Assembly (NCBI GenBank): GCA_025456345.1
Contig: JALOKU010000001.1
Span: 147,758-211,757 of the forward strand
Direction: 5' to 3'
Length of the DNA stretch: 64,000 nt
Source: Vicinamibacterales bacterium
GTDB lineage: Bacteria; Acidobacteriota; Vicinamibacteria; Vicinamibacterales; JAKQTR01
Below, one piece after another: positions 46,243-55,543 of this stretch; position 1 is the first letter of the stretch; each line of letters begins with the position of its first letter. Both the position numbers and the translations under genes were made by a program. Under the pieces are notes generated by a model that was not told the DNA's origin, searched no databases, and saw only the letters and a list, made by a program, of their open reading frames with translations.

Positions 46243-49200
46243 CCCGCCCCTACGGCGTGGCTGGCCGCCTGGCCGCCGCGTTCATCGACTCGAAGCTGAC
46301 GCCCCTGTTCCTCGTGGCGTCCCTCGCCCTGGGTGCCCTGGCCGTGGTGGCCCTGCCGCGCGAGGAGGAGCCGCAGATCATCGTGCCGATGATCGACGTG
46401 ATGGTGCAGATGCCCGGCGCGTCTCCCGCCGAGGTCGAACAGCGCGTCACCAGGCCCATGGAGAAGCTGCTGTGGGAAATCCCCGGCGTCGAGTACGTCT
46501 ACTCGACCTCCAGCCCTGGCCTCTCCATGGTGATCGTCCGCTTCTACGTCGGGCAGAACGAAGAGCAGGCCATCGTCAGGCTGAACCAGAAGCTGTTCGC
46601 CAACATGGACATCATCCCGCCCGGCGTGTCGGCGCCCATGGTGAAGCCGCGGTCGATCGACGACGTGCCGGTGATGGCGCTGACGCTCTGGGGCGAGCGC
46701 TATTCCGACGTGGAGTTGCGGCGGGTCGCCGAGCAGCTGCACGACGTCATCAAGGAAGTCCCGGACGTGTCGGAGGTGACCATCGCCGGCGGGCGCCGCC
46801 GCCAGATCACCGTCGAGATCGATCCGGCCCGCCTCGCTTCCTACGGGATCGACCCGCTGGGTGTGCAGCGCGCGATCCAGGCCGCGAACATGCGCCAGCG
46901 CGCGGGCGAAGTCGTCAGCGGCGGCCGCAGCGAGATCGTCGAAGCCGGCGCCTGGATCGACAGCGTGGCGCGCCTCGACAACGTGGTCGTCGACACGCGC
47001 GGCGGGCGCTCGGTGTGGCTGCGCGACGTGGCCGCCGTCCGCGACGAGGATGGGGAGCCGACGTCGTACGTCGCGCACCACACGCCCGGCGGACGGACGT
47101 TTCCGGCCGTGACGATTTCCATCGCGAAGCGCAAGGGCGTCAACGCCATCGACCTCACGCGGCGGATTTCCGCCAAACTCGACACCGTCCGCGGCGTCCT
47201 GGTGCCGTCCGACCTCGAGATCACCGTCACCCGGAACTACGGCGACACCGCCGCGCACAAGTCGAACGAGCTGCTGTGGCACATGTTCCTGGCGGTGGTC
47301 TCGGTCGGCATCCTCATCTGGCTCACCCTCGGCCGGCGCGAGGCGGCTGTCGTGCTGGTGGCCATCCCGGTGACGCTGGCCCTCACGCTGCTGGTGTTCT
47401 ACCTCTACGGCTACACGCTCAACCGCATCACGCTGTTCGCCTTGATCTTCTCGATCGGGATCCTGGTCGACGATGCCATCGTCGTGGTGGAGAACATCGT
47501 GCGCCATGCCCGGCTGGCGACGGGGGAAGAGGGAGCCTTCAGCGCGCTGATCGTGAAGGCCGTCGACGAGGTCGGCAACCCGACGATCCTGGCAACCCTC
47601 ACGGTGATTGCCGCCATCCTGCCGATGGCGTTCGTCGGCGGCCTGATGGGGCCCTACATGCGGCCCATCCCGGTCGGCGCGACGGCGGCCATGGTGTTCT
47701 CCCTCATCGTGGCCTTCGTGGCCACTCCGTGGGCGGCCAAGCGCCTCCTGACGAAGCCGACGCACCACGATCACGGGCAGGAAGACCGGCTCACGGTGCT
47801 CTACCGTCGCTGGATGGGGCGCCTCATCGTGTCGCCGACCATGCGCGCCCTCTTTCTCGGGGGAGTGGCCGCGATGCTCCTGGCGGCCGTGGCGCTGGTC
47901 CCGCTCAAGCTCGTCACGGTGAAGATGCTCCCGTTCGACAACAAAAGCGAGTTCCAGGTCATTGTCAATATGCCCGAGGGAACGCCGCTCGAAGACACGG
48001 CGCGGGTCACCGCGAAGCTGGCCCGGGAGACGCTCCGCATCCCGTCGGTGACCAGCGTCCAGAGCTACGTCGGCGCGGCGTCGCCCTACAACTTCAACGG
48101 CCTCGTGCGCCACTACTTCCTCCGCCGCGCGCCGCACCAGGCGGATCTGCAGGTGAACCTGCTCCCCAAGGAGGAGCGGTCCGAGCAGAGCCACGCCATC
48201 GCCAAGAAGGTGCGGGAGGCGCTCGCGCCAATCGTCAGGGAAGCCGGCGGGCGGATCCAGGTGGCGGAAGTGCCGCCGGGGCCGCCGGTGCTGCAGACGC
48301 TCGTGGCCGAGGTGTATGGGCCCGATGCCGCCCGGCGCCTCGAGGTCGCCCGGACGGTCAAGGACATCTTCAGCCGCACCCCCGGCGTGGTCGATGTCGA
48401 CTGGTACGTCGAGTCGCCGCAGTCCAAGATCGTCGTCGACGTGGACGCGCAGAAGGCCGCGGCGGCCGGTGTGAACGCGGCGGCGCTGGCCTCGCTGGCG
48501 CGCATGGCCGGCGCCGGTGAAATCGCCGGGATCCTGCACGACGACCAGGCCCGGAGCGATGTGCCCATCGTGCTGCAGCTGCCGCGGGCCGTCCGTGGAT
48601 CGCTGGACGCGGTCAAGAGCGTCAGGATCATGGGCGCCTCGCCAGCCGCCCTCGGCGAACTCGCGGTCGTCAGCCGGGCGGTTGAGCCGCCCAGCGTGTA
48701 TCACAAGAACCTGCAGCCGGTGACGTACGTGCTCGGCGACGTCGCCGGCGCCTTCGAGAGCCCCGTCTACGCCATCTTCCAGATGAACGAAGCGTTGGCC
48801 AAGGTTCAGCTGCCCGAGGGGTACCGCTTCGAGGTCTTCAACGCCGCGCAGCCGTTCGACAGCACGAAGTACGCGATGAAGTGGGACGGCGAGTGGCACA
48901 TCACCTACGAGGTCTTCCGTGACCTCGGCCTGGCGTTCGCGGCGGTGCTGCTGCTGATCTACATCCTGGTCGTCGGGTGGTTCCAGTCGTTCCTGACGCC
49001 CATCACCATCATGGTGGCCATCCCGTTTTCGCTCGTGGGCATCCTCCCCGCGCACGCCGCCATGGGCGCGTTCTTCACCGCCACCTCCATGATCGGGTTC
49101 ATCGCCGGTGCCGGCATCGTCGTGCGGAACTCGATCATTCTCGTCGACTTCATCGAACTGCGCGTGCGCGACGGGATGCCGCTCGAAGAGGCCGTGGTCG

Positions 49201-49427
49201 ATGCGGGCGCCGTGCGGTTCCGCCCGATGGCCTTGACGGCCGCCGCCGTTGTCGTCGGCTCCGCCGTCATCCTCTTCGACCCGATCTTCCAGGGGCTGGC
49301 CATCTCGCTGATGGCCGGCGAAGTGGCCTCGCTGCTGCTGTCGAGAGCCACGGTTCCCGTGCTCTTCTACATCACGGCGAAACGCCAGGCGCAGAAGGCC
49401 CTGGCGGCTCAGCCAGACGCCGCATAG
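46239..49427 (+). CDS. efflux RND transporter permease subunit (AcrB/CzcA superfamily)
   Basis: 1062 aa. ATGA overlap with the adaptor gene. 12-TM two-fold repeat with large periplasmic loops. Typical N-terminus ...[33 protein letters not shown]. Confidence 0.93.
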   Translation: MTRPYGVAGRLAAAFIDSKLTPLFLVASLALGALAVVALPREEEPQIIVPMIDVMVQMPGASPAEVEQRVTRPMEKLLWEIPGVEYVYSTSSPGLSMVIVRFYVGQNEEQAIVRLNQKLFANMDIIPPGVSAPMVKPRSIDDVPVMALTLWGERYSDVELRRVAEQLHDVIKEVPDVSEVTIAGGRRRQITVEIDPARLASYGIDPLGVQRAIQAANMRQRAGEVVSGGRSEIVEAGAWIDSVARLDNVVVDTRGGRSVWLRDVAAVRDEDGEPTSYVAHHTPGGRTFPAVTISIAKRKGVNAIDLTRRISAKLDTVRGVLVPSDLEITVTRNYGDTAAHKSNELLWHMFLAVVSVGILIWLTLGRREAAVVLVAIPVTLALTLLVFYLYGYTLNRITLFALIFSIGILVDDAIVVVENIVRHARLATGEEGAFSALIVKAVDEVGNPTILATLTVIAAILPMAFVGGLMGPYMRPIPVGATAAMVFSLIVAFVATPWAAKRLLTKPTHHDHGQEDRLTVLYRRWMGRLIVSPTMRALFLGGVAAMLLAAVALVPLKLVTVKMLPFDNKSEFQVIVNMPEGTPLEDTARVTAKLARETLRIPSVTSVQSYVGAASPYNFNGLVRHYFLRRAPHQADLQVNLLPKEERSEQSHAIAKKVREALAPIVREAGGRIQVAEVPPGPPVLQTLVAEVYGPDAARRLEVARTVKDIFSRTPGVVDVDWYVESPQSKIVVDVDAQKAAAAGVNAAALASLARMAGAGEIAGILHDDQARSDVPIVLQLPRAVRGSLDAVKSVRIMGASPAALGELAVVSRAVEPPSVYHKNLQPVTYVLGDVAGAFESPVYAIFQMNEALAKVQLPEGYRFEVFNAAQPFDSTKYAMKWDGEWHITYEVFRDLGLAFAAVLLLIYILVVGWFQSFLTPITIMVAIPFSLVGILPAHAAMGAFFTATSMIGFIAGAGIVVRNSIILVDFIELRVRDGMPLEEAVVDAGAVRFRPMALTAAAVVVGSAVILFDPIFQGLAISLMAGEVASLLLSRATVPVLFYITAKRQAQKALAAQPDAA

Positions 49428-49447
49428 GCGGAAAGGAACGGCGCACC

Positions 49448-50167
49448 ATGTGGCACTATCCGCCGGCGAGCATCCTGGTCGCCGTCGATTTCGGGAACGC
49501 CTCGGCCCGGGCGCTCCGCGTCGCCGCGGCGCTCGCCGCGAAACACGGCTCGGCGATGACCGCCCTGCACGCGGAGACGCTGGACGTGCCGCCCTACTTC
49601 ACGCATGAGCAGTTGAAAGCGGTCGAGCGGAATCGTGCGCAGGTCCGCCGCGAGGCCGAGCGCTACCTCGAGCACTTCGTCCGGCCGTTGGCGCCGCTGG
49701 CGGCGGTCTCGCTCGTGGACGGGCCGGCGGTCGAGGCCGTGCTCGCGGCCGCGGCGCACCACGACCTGCTGGTGCTGGGGACGCACGGCCGGCGCGGACC
49801 GAGCCGGTGGTGGATGGGGTCGGCGGCTGAGCGGATCGTCCGCGACAGCCCCGTGCCTGCCCTGGTCGTGCGTGCGGAACCGGCCCCGACGTCCGGCGAG
49901 CAGGTATTCGCGCGTCCCGTGGCGGTTGCGGGTCCGGAGTTCCACGGCGAGGCGCTCAGCTACGCGCACGCGATCGCGGGGAGTTTCGGCGGCACGCTGG
50001 CCGAGAAGTCCGTGTCGTCGCTCGACGACTTGAAATGCGATCCGGGCGCCACGCTCATGGTTGTCGCCACGGGGCGCCACCACGGGAGCGGCTGGTTCGG
50101 CGAGACGGCGGAGCGTCTTGTCAGGACCTGTGCGCTGCCCATGCTGTTCGTGCCGAACCGCGGCTGA
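49448..50167 (+). CDS. universal stress protein (tandem Usp-like domains)
   Basis: ILVAVDFGNASARAL...DLLVLGTHGRRGPSRWWMGSAAERIVRDSPVPALVV is the UspA pattern. A second, weaker Usp-like half follows. Confidence 0.8.
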   Translation: MWHYPPASILVAVDFGNASARALRVAAALAAKHGSAMTALHAETLDVPPYFTHEQLKAVERNRAQVRREAERYLEHFVRPLAPLAAVSLVDGPAVEAVLAAAAHHDLLVLGTHGRRGPSRWWMGSAAERIVRDSPVPALVVRAEPAPTSGEQVFARPVAVAGPEFHGEALSYAHAIAGSFGGTLAEKSVSSLDDLKCDPGATLMVVATGRHHGSGWFGETAERLVRTCALPMLFVPNRG

Positions 50168-50201
50168 TGTCCGGCCGCAAGACGTTGAAATGGAGGGGGT
50201 T

Positions 50202-50390
50202 ATGACGGTTGATCGCGCGCTTCGCCTGATTGCGGGAGCCTTTGTCTTCGCCAGCGTCATGCTGGGGATGTTCGTGCACCCCAATTTCTACTGGTTTACG
50301 GCCTTTGTCGGGGTGAACCTCCTCCAGTCGGCGTTCACCAACTGGTGCCCCATGATGGCGATACTCAGGAAGGCCGGTTTGCGTGGATGA
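50202..50390 (+). CDS. DUF2892 (YgaP-like) small membrane protein
   Basis: GGAGGGGG SD 4-5 nt before the ATG. MTVDRALRLIAGAFVFASVMLG...FVGVNLLQSAFTNWCPM matches the DUF2892 core. Confidence 0.7.
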   Translation: MTVDRALRLIAGAFVFASVMLGMFVHPNFYWFTAFVGVNLLQSAFTNWCPMMAILRKAGLRG

Positions 50391-50418
50391 CCCAGCCGCG
50401 GCGAAGGGGTCTAACGGG

Positions 50419-50426
50419 TGTATAAT
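50419..50426 (+). promoter_or_regulatory. candidate -10 element (TG-TATAAT) for the lipoprotein/LDT cluster
   Basis: Perfect TATAAT at 50421-50426 preceded by TG, 64 nt upstream of ATG 50490. No convincing -35. Followed by the leader hairpin CGAGGC-GTGAG-GCCTCG (50441-50457) and SD GAGGAG (50477-50482). Confidence 0.3.
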
Positions 50427-50489
50427 CAAAGGGATCCGTTCGAGGCGTGAGGCCTCGGAGTGGAGCAGTCATCATAGAGGAGACAGTCG

Positions 50490-51077
50490 ATGCGCAATCT
50501 GAAGTTCCTGGTTCTCACCCTGGGTCTCGCCCTGACCGTCGCCGCGTGCGGCGCGCCGCCGAAGGCCGACCTCGATGCCGCCAAGGCGGCTCTGGATTCC
50601 GCGGTCGCCGCTGGCGCCGCCGAGTATGCCGCTCCGGCGATGAAGGCCATCGAGGACGCCCAGGCTGCCCTGGATGCCGAGCTGAAGGCCCAGGATGGCA
50701 ACTGGTTGAAGTCCTACACGAAGGCGAAGGAGCTCGCCGCTGCGGTGAAGACCGCGGGTGAGAAGGCCGCCGCCGACGCCGCCGCCGGCAAGGAACTGGC
50801 GAAGAACGAAGCAACCGCCGCCATCGGCGAGGTGAAGACGCTGCTGACCGACGCCCAGGCGCTGCTCGACAAGGCGCCGAAGGGCAAGGGCACCGCGTCT
50901 GACATCGAGGCGATGAAGACCGACCTGGTGACCGCCGGCACGGCCATCACCGAGGCCGAGACCGCGCTGGCCGCCGGCAAGTTCCTCGACGCCAAGGCCA
51001 AGGCCGAGTCCGCCAGGACGACCGCCAACACCGTGAAGACGGCCGTTGAGGCCGCCATGGCCGCGAAGAAGCGGTAA
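50490..51077 (+). CDS. Ala/Lys-rich helical lipoprotein with two DUF4398-like repeats
   Basis: Lipobox LALTVAAC. The mature protein has very few Gly/Pro and is A/K/E/D/T-rich. AGAAEYAAPAMKAIEDAQAALDAEL is DUF4398-like. C-terminus ...AAMAAKKR. Confidence 0.75.
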   Translation: MRNLKFLVLTLGLALTVAACGAPPKADLDAAKAALDSAVAAGAAEYAAPAMKAIEDAQAALDAELKAQDGNWLKSYTKAKELAAAVKTAGEKAAADAAAGKELAKNEATAAIGEVKTLLTDAQALLDKAPKGKGTASDIEAMKTDLVTAGTAITEAETALAAGKFLDAKAKAESARTTANTVKTAVEAAMAAKKR

Positions 51078-51108
51078 ACGCGATCTCTTGCCTCACCTGA
51101 TCCCCGGC

Positions 51109-52278
51109 GTGACCCGCCGCCGCGCGTGGCGGCGGGTTGCCTTCGGAGTGGCCGCACTCGCGCTGGTTGCGGCGGTCGCCGGGGTCATCCACACCATTGC
51201 CTCGCGCCGCGAGGCCCTCATGGCCGCGGCGGCGGAGTCGGCGCGCGTGGCGGTTGCGGAGGCCCGCGCGGCCGGCGCGGCCGTCTGGGCGCCCAGCGAG
51301 CTGCAGGACGCCGAGCAGGCGTCCCGCGACGCCCTCACGGCGCAGCGCGTCGAGCAGACCCGCCTCTGGCCGATTCCCGAGGCGGCGCGCGTGGTCGAGG
51401 GATTCGGCGCGGCGGCGACGAGCGCGCGCACCGCCAGCGCCGTTGCCGAGGAGCGCCGTTCGAGAGCGGAAGCGTCCGCCCGGGCGCAGATCGAGACGGC
51501 GCACCGGCTCGTCTCCGCGAGCGAATCGCTGGCGGCGAAACTGCGCGTCGGCAAGGAGCGCCGCAACCTGCTGGCGGCGGCGAGGCTGGCTGTCGAGGCG
51601 GCGCGCGTGTACCAGCGCGCCGGCGACTACCGCAACGCCACGGTCAACGCCCTCCGCGCCCAGGAACTCAATGCCCAGGTGCAGGATCACGCGGCCAGCG
51701 TCGTCGCGCGCTATGCCGATGCCGAGACCATCGCCCGGTGGCGGCGCTGGATCGCCGAGACCATCGAGTGGTCGAAGCGCGAGGGCCGGGTCGCGATCGT
51801 CGTGTTCAAGGAGTCGCACCGGCTGACGGTGTACCGGCGCGGTGCGGCGGTCGCCACCTACGACGTCGACCTGGGCTTCAACTGGACCGCCGACAAGCTG
51901 CACGAGGGAGACGGAGCCACACCGGAAGGCCGCTACCGGGTCGTCGCGCGGCTCGGCAAGCAGGCGTCGATCTACTACAAGGCACTCCTGCTCGACTACC
52001 CGAACGCCAGCGACCGTGCGGAGTTCGCCAGCGCCCGGCGCAGCGGCGAACTGCCCGCTGGTGCGAGAATAGGCGGGTTGATCGAGATACACGGCGGGGG
52101 CGGCCGCAGCCAGGACTGGACCAGCGGGTGCGTCGCCCTGGCCAACGGCGACATGGACCTGGTGTTCGAACGTGCGGGCGTCGGCACGCCCGTGACCATC
52201 GTGGGGAGCGACGACTATGGAGCCATCGCCGAGTTTGCCGGCCGGCAGCGCGCCGCCGGCCGCGGCAAGCGGCCCTGA
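51109..52278 (+). CDS. YafK/DpaA-type L,D-transpeptidase-fold protein, membrane anchored, with DUF4398-like N-domain
   Basis: GTG 51109 chosen (alternatives TTG 51088, ORF start 51046). TM anchor VAFGVAALALVAAVAGVI. ARAAGAAVWAPSELQDAEQA is DUF4398-like. The catalytic domain HEGDGATPEGRYRVV...IYYKALLLDYPNASDRA...IEIHGGGG....WTSGCVALAN parallels E. coli YafK. Confidence 0.8.
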   Translation: MTRRRAWRRVAFGVAALALVAAVAGVIHTIASRREALMAAAAESARVAVAEARAAGAAVWAPSELQDAEQASRDALTAQRVEQTRLWPIPEAARVVEGFGAAATSARTASAVAEERRSRAEASARAQIETAHRLVSASESLAAKLRVGKERRNLLAAARLAVEAARVYQRAGDYRNATVNALRAQELNAQVQDHAASVVARYADAETIARWRRWIAETIEWSKREGRVAIVVFKESHRLTVYRRGAAVATYDVDLGFNWTADKLHEGDGATPEGRYRVVARLGKQASIYYKALLLDYPNASDRAEFASARRSGELPAGARIGGLIEIHGGGGRSQDWTSGCVALANGDMDLVFERAGVGTPVTIVGSDDYGAIAEFAGRQRAAGRGKRP

Positions 52279-53011
52279 CGCAGCCGGGCGACGGCCGCCG
52301 GCGGGCCCGCAGGCGGCGCCGGGGCGCACACCCCGAGCCGGACGTGGTGTCTGGTTCAACCGCCGCACGGTGGCCGTCACGGCCGGCGCCGTGCTGCTGG
52401 CCGCAGTACTGCTCAGGGGGACCGGGTACCGGTACGAGCCGTACGCCGAGCAGCCCCTTGCCGTGTCGAGCGACGTGCCGTCCGACGCCCGTCCGCTCGA
52501 GCAGTTCACGGCGCGGCTGCGCAGCCGCCAGCGCACGCTGGGGGCACGGCTCGACGCCCTCATGCCGAAGGGCGTCTACATCGTCATCGACCAGACGCAG
52601 AACCGGCTCTATCTGAAGCGGGGGGACGGCACGCTGCTGCAGGCCGTCTGCTCGACCGGCTCGGGCATGGTGCTGCGGGAGAGCGGCGGCAAGAAGCGCG
52701 AGTGGGTCTTCGACTCGCCGCGCGGCCGCTTCGAGGTCCGCTCGATGAGCCGCAACCCCGTGTGGCACAAGCCGGACTGGGCCTTCGTGGAGGAATCGCA
52801 GCCGATTCCCACGAACCCTGCCGACCGGCTCGACTACGGCACGCTCGGCGAGTATGCGCTCTACTTCGGCGACGGATTCATGATTCACGGCACGCTCTAC
52901 GAACGCCTGCTGGGACGCGCGGTGTCTCACGGGTGCATCCGCGTCGGACGCGACGATCTGCGCAAGGTCTGGGCGAACGCCAGGGTTGGCACCCAGATCT
53001 TCATCTACTGA
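52217..53011 (+). CDS. L,D-transpeptidase (YkuD domain), membrane anchored
   Basis: TM anchor TVAVTAGAVLLAAVLL. YIVIDQTQNRLYLKRGDGTLL... and the catalytic motif FMIHGT...LGRAVSHGCIRV. Overlaps the previous gene by 62 nt. Confidence 0.85.
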   Translation: MEPSPSLPAGSAPPAAASGPDAAGRRPPAGPQAAPGRTPRAGRGVWFNRRTVAVTAGAVLLAAVLLRGTGYRYEPYAEQPLAVSSDVPSDARPLEQFTARLRSRQRTLGARLDALMPKGVYIVIDQTQNRLYLKRGDGTLLQAVCSTGSGMVLRESGGKKREWVFDSPRGRFEVRSMSRNPVWHKPDWAFVEESQPIPTNPADRLDYGTLGEYALYFGDGFMIHGTLYERLLGRAVSHGCIRVGRDDLRKVWANARVGTQIFIY

Positions 53012-53027
53012 CGCGGGTGGGCCCAGC

Positions 53028-53798
53028 ATGAGAGCCTCGCGCATCCGGACGTTCGCCGCGGCGGCCGCGCTCCTTGCCGTGATCGGCACGGCTGCCGCCT
53101 GCCAGCGAGGCGCGGCGCCGGCGGCCACCTCCGATCCCCGCTCCGAGGCCGCCCGCCTGCAGCGGACCAACGCCCAACTGCAGAAGCAAATCGAGCTGGC
53201 GGCCGGCAAGCAGTTCTACCTCGTCCTCGATCCGGCGACCTCCGGCCTCACGCTGATGCTGAAGGGCGCGCCCCTGCAGCGCTTCACGGTGCGCGGCCTG
53301 CAAGTGGGCCATCCCCGTGTCGCGTGGGTGAGCGCGCGCGACCCGCGCCACGTGCAGAGCGTCATCTGGTCGGGCGGCGAACTGGATCCGCCGAGGCAGA
53401 TCGACCGGCTGGTGATTCAGTCCGCCGGCCCCGGGAAGGAGGCGTCCGAATCGACGCCGCCGCCCATCCCGCCGACGCCAGAGGAACTCTATCCGGTACC
53501 GTCGCGATACCACGTGAGGTTCGCCGACGGGCTGTCCGTGGAAATCCTGCCGCGTGAAGCTGACGCGTCGGTCGGCCGGTGGGCGCACGCGCGCGCCGCG
53601 ATGGCGGAGCGGTGGGGCGACATCCGCTCCGCGCTCCGCAGCTCCGATCGCGATGCGATCCGGCTGCGCATCACGCTGGATCCGAACGACGCACAGTCGT
53701 TCTATCGCTCGCTTCCGCCGGCCGTGCGCCTCATCGTGCTCGACGGCGAGGTCGAGCCGGCTCAGCCTGCCCCCGCGGACGCGGGAGCGGGGCGGTAG
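53028..53798 (+). CDS. probable lipoprotein, LDT-like N-terminal pattern without catalytic His/Cys
   Basis: Signal plus AAAC. Short coiled segment (RLQRTNAQLQKQIELAA), then KQFYLVLDPATSGLTLMLKGAPLQRFTV resembles the first strands of YkuD domains. No HG...GC motif anywhere. Confidence 0.6.
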   Translation: MRASRIRTFAAAAALLAVIGTAAACQRGAAPAATSDPRSEAARLQRTNAQLQKQIELAAGKQFYLVLDPATSGLTLMLKGAPLQRFTVRGLQVGHPRVAWVSARDPRHVQSVIWSGGELDPPRQIDRLVIQSAGPGKEASESTPPPIPPTPEELYPVPSRYHVRFADGLSVEILPREADASVGRWAHARAAMAERWGDIRSALRSSDRDAIRLRITLDPNDAQSFYRSLPPAVRLIVLDGEVEPAQPAPADAGAGR

Positions 53799-53840
53799 GT
53801 CCGCCGAGGGACCCGCCCGGACGGCGGGTCGGAGGAGTCC

Positions 53841-55412
53841 ATGCGAGCAGGGCCGCGCGTCAGTCGTGTCAGCATCCTGAACGATGTGCTCGGCCCGGTC
53901 ATGCGCGGGCCCTCGAGCTCCCATACCGCCGGCTCCTACCACATTGCGAAAATCGTGACGGGGCTGCTTGGCGCGCCGCCGGTGGCCGCCGGCTTCGCCT
54001 TCGATCCGGCCGGCTCCTACGCGCAGGTCTACTGGCAGCAGGGTGTGGACCGCGCCTTCGCCACGGCGCTCATGGGCTGGGAGCTGACCGACGACCGTTT
54101 CGCGGCCTCGCTGGATCTGGCGGCGGAAGCCGGTCTCGAGATTCGCTTCGACGTCCGGCCGCTGGCGAAGCCCGACCACCCCAACACGGTCGAGATCGCC
54201 CTGCGCGCCGCCGACGGGCGCACGCTGGCGGCGACGGCCCGGTCGATTGGCGGCGGCGCCGTCGAAGTCGTCGAGGTGGAAGGCTGGGCCGTCCACCTCA
54301 CGGGCTACACGTGGGAAGCGCTGGTCGAGACCACCGCCGCGCACGCCGACCGCATCGTCTCGGCGCTCTCGGCGGACGGTCAGCTTGCTGCCGGCGCCGA
54401 TCGCCGCGAGCGCGGCGGCCGCGTGCTGGTCGACGTCAGGCGGCTGGCGCCTCTCGAGGCCGCCGCCAGGGCGGCCCTTGAGGATCTCGGCGCCGCGGCG
54501 ACGCTGCGCGAAGCGCCCCCGATTGCGTTTGTGAAGCGCGGGCGCCAGTTGTTCCAGAGCGGCGCCGAGATGCTGGCGCTGGCCGGGGCGCACGGATGGT
54601 CGCTCGGGCGCGCAGCCCTCGCCTACGAAGCCGAACTGCTTGGGCTCTCCGAGGCGGCCGTGATCGACGAGGTGTCCCGGCGGTTCGACATCATGCAGGC
54701 CGCCGTCCACCTGGGACTGGATCCGGCGGCCCCGTCGATGCAGTTGCTGGCGCCCAGCGCCCGGGCCATTGTCGACGCCGACGCCGCGGGGCGTCTGCCC
54801 CTCGGCGGGCTGCACACCCGCGCGGCCGCCAGGGCGATGGCGGTCATGCACGTCAACGGCGCGATGGGCGTCGTGTGCGCCGCGCCGACCGGCGGCTCTG
54901 CGGGCGCCGTGCCCGGCGTGGTCGTCACGCTGGCCGAGGAGAGGGCCCTCCCGAGAGCGGGGGCCGCCATGGCCCTGCTCGCCGCCTCCGCCATCGGCGT
55001 CATCCTGGCCGAGCGAGCCACCTTCGCCGCCGAAGTGGCCGGGTGCCAGGTGGAAATCGGCGCCGCCGGCGCGATGGGAGCCGCGGCGGTCGTCGAGGCC
55101 GCGGGCGGAAGCGCGGCGCACGCCGCCGATGCGGCCGCCATCGCGTTCCAGAACTCGATGGGGTCGGTCTGCGACCTGGTGGGCGGCATGGTCGAGATTC
55201 CCTGCCACACCCGCAATGCCGTGGCGGCCTCGAGCGCCTTCGTGTGTGCCGACCTCGTCGTCGGCGGCTACGTGAACCCGATCCCGCTCGATGAGACCAT
55301 CGACGCGGTCTATGCCGTCGGCCGCATGATGCCCACCGAACTGCTCTGCACGTCCAAGGGCGGGCTTGCCGTCACCCCCAGCGCCCTGAGGCTGGTCGCC
55401 AGGCGACGCTGA
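53841..55412 (+). CDS. sdaA: L-serine ammonia-lyase, iron-sulfur-dependent (fused beta-alpha)
   Basis: GGAGGAG SD. ILNDVLGPVMRGPSSSHTAG N-terminal signature. Central ACT-like segment. Alpha domain with CAAPTGGSAGAVPG. Confidence 0.9.
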   Translation: MRAGPRVSRVSILNDVLGPVMRGPSSSHTAGSYHIAKIVTGLLGAPPVAAGFAFDPAGSYAQVYWQQGVDRAFATALMGWELTDDRFAASLDLAAEAGLEIRFDVRPLAKPDHPNTVEIALRAADGRTLAATARSIGGGAVEVVEVEGWAVHLTGYTWEALVETTAAHADRIVSALSADGQLAAGADRRERGGRVLVDVRRLAPLEAAARAALEDLGAAATLREAPPIAFVKRGRQLFQSGAEMLALAGAHGWSLGRAALAYEAELLGLSEAAVIDEVSRRFDIMQAAVHLGLDPAAPSMQLLAPSARAIVDADAAGRLPLGGLHTRAAARAMAVMHVNGAMGVVCAAPTGGSAGAVPGVVVTLAEERALPRAGAAMALLAASAIGVILAERATFAAEVAGCQVEIGAAGAMGAAAVVEAAGGSAAHAADAAAIAFQNSMGSVCDLVGGMVEIPCHTRNAVAASSAFVCADLVVGGYVNPIPLDETIDAVYAVGRMMPTELLCTSKGGLAVTPSALRLVARRR

Positions 55413-55543
55413 CCCCCCACGCCGGCCAGCGCGCCCCGAGGCCTCCAGTTCTCGCCGGTTCAGGCCGATAAAGAAACAAACGGGGCCTCCCCTCGCGGGC
55501 GCACGCCTGCCCCGGGGAGAGGTCCGACCGGGCATTCCGGAGC

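Noticed and set aside
55413-55543. c-di-GMP (GEMM) riboswitch upstream of the HEAT / HD-GYP pair.
   Set aside because: The leader has an A-rich patch (GATAAAGAAACAAAC) and a CCTCCCC...GGGGAGAGG stem, but nothing resembling the GEMM-I/II conserved tetraloop-receptor cores.
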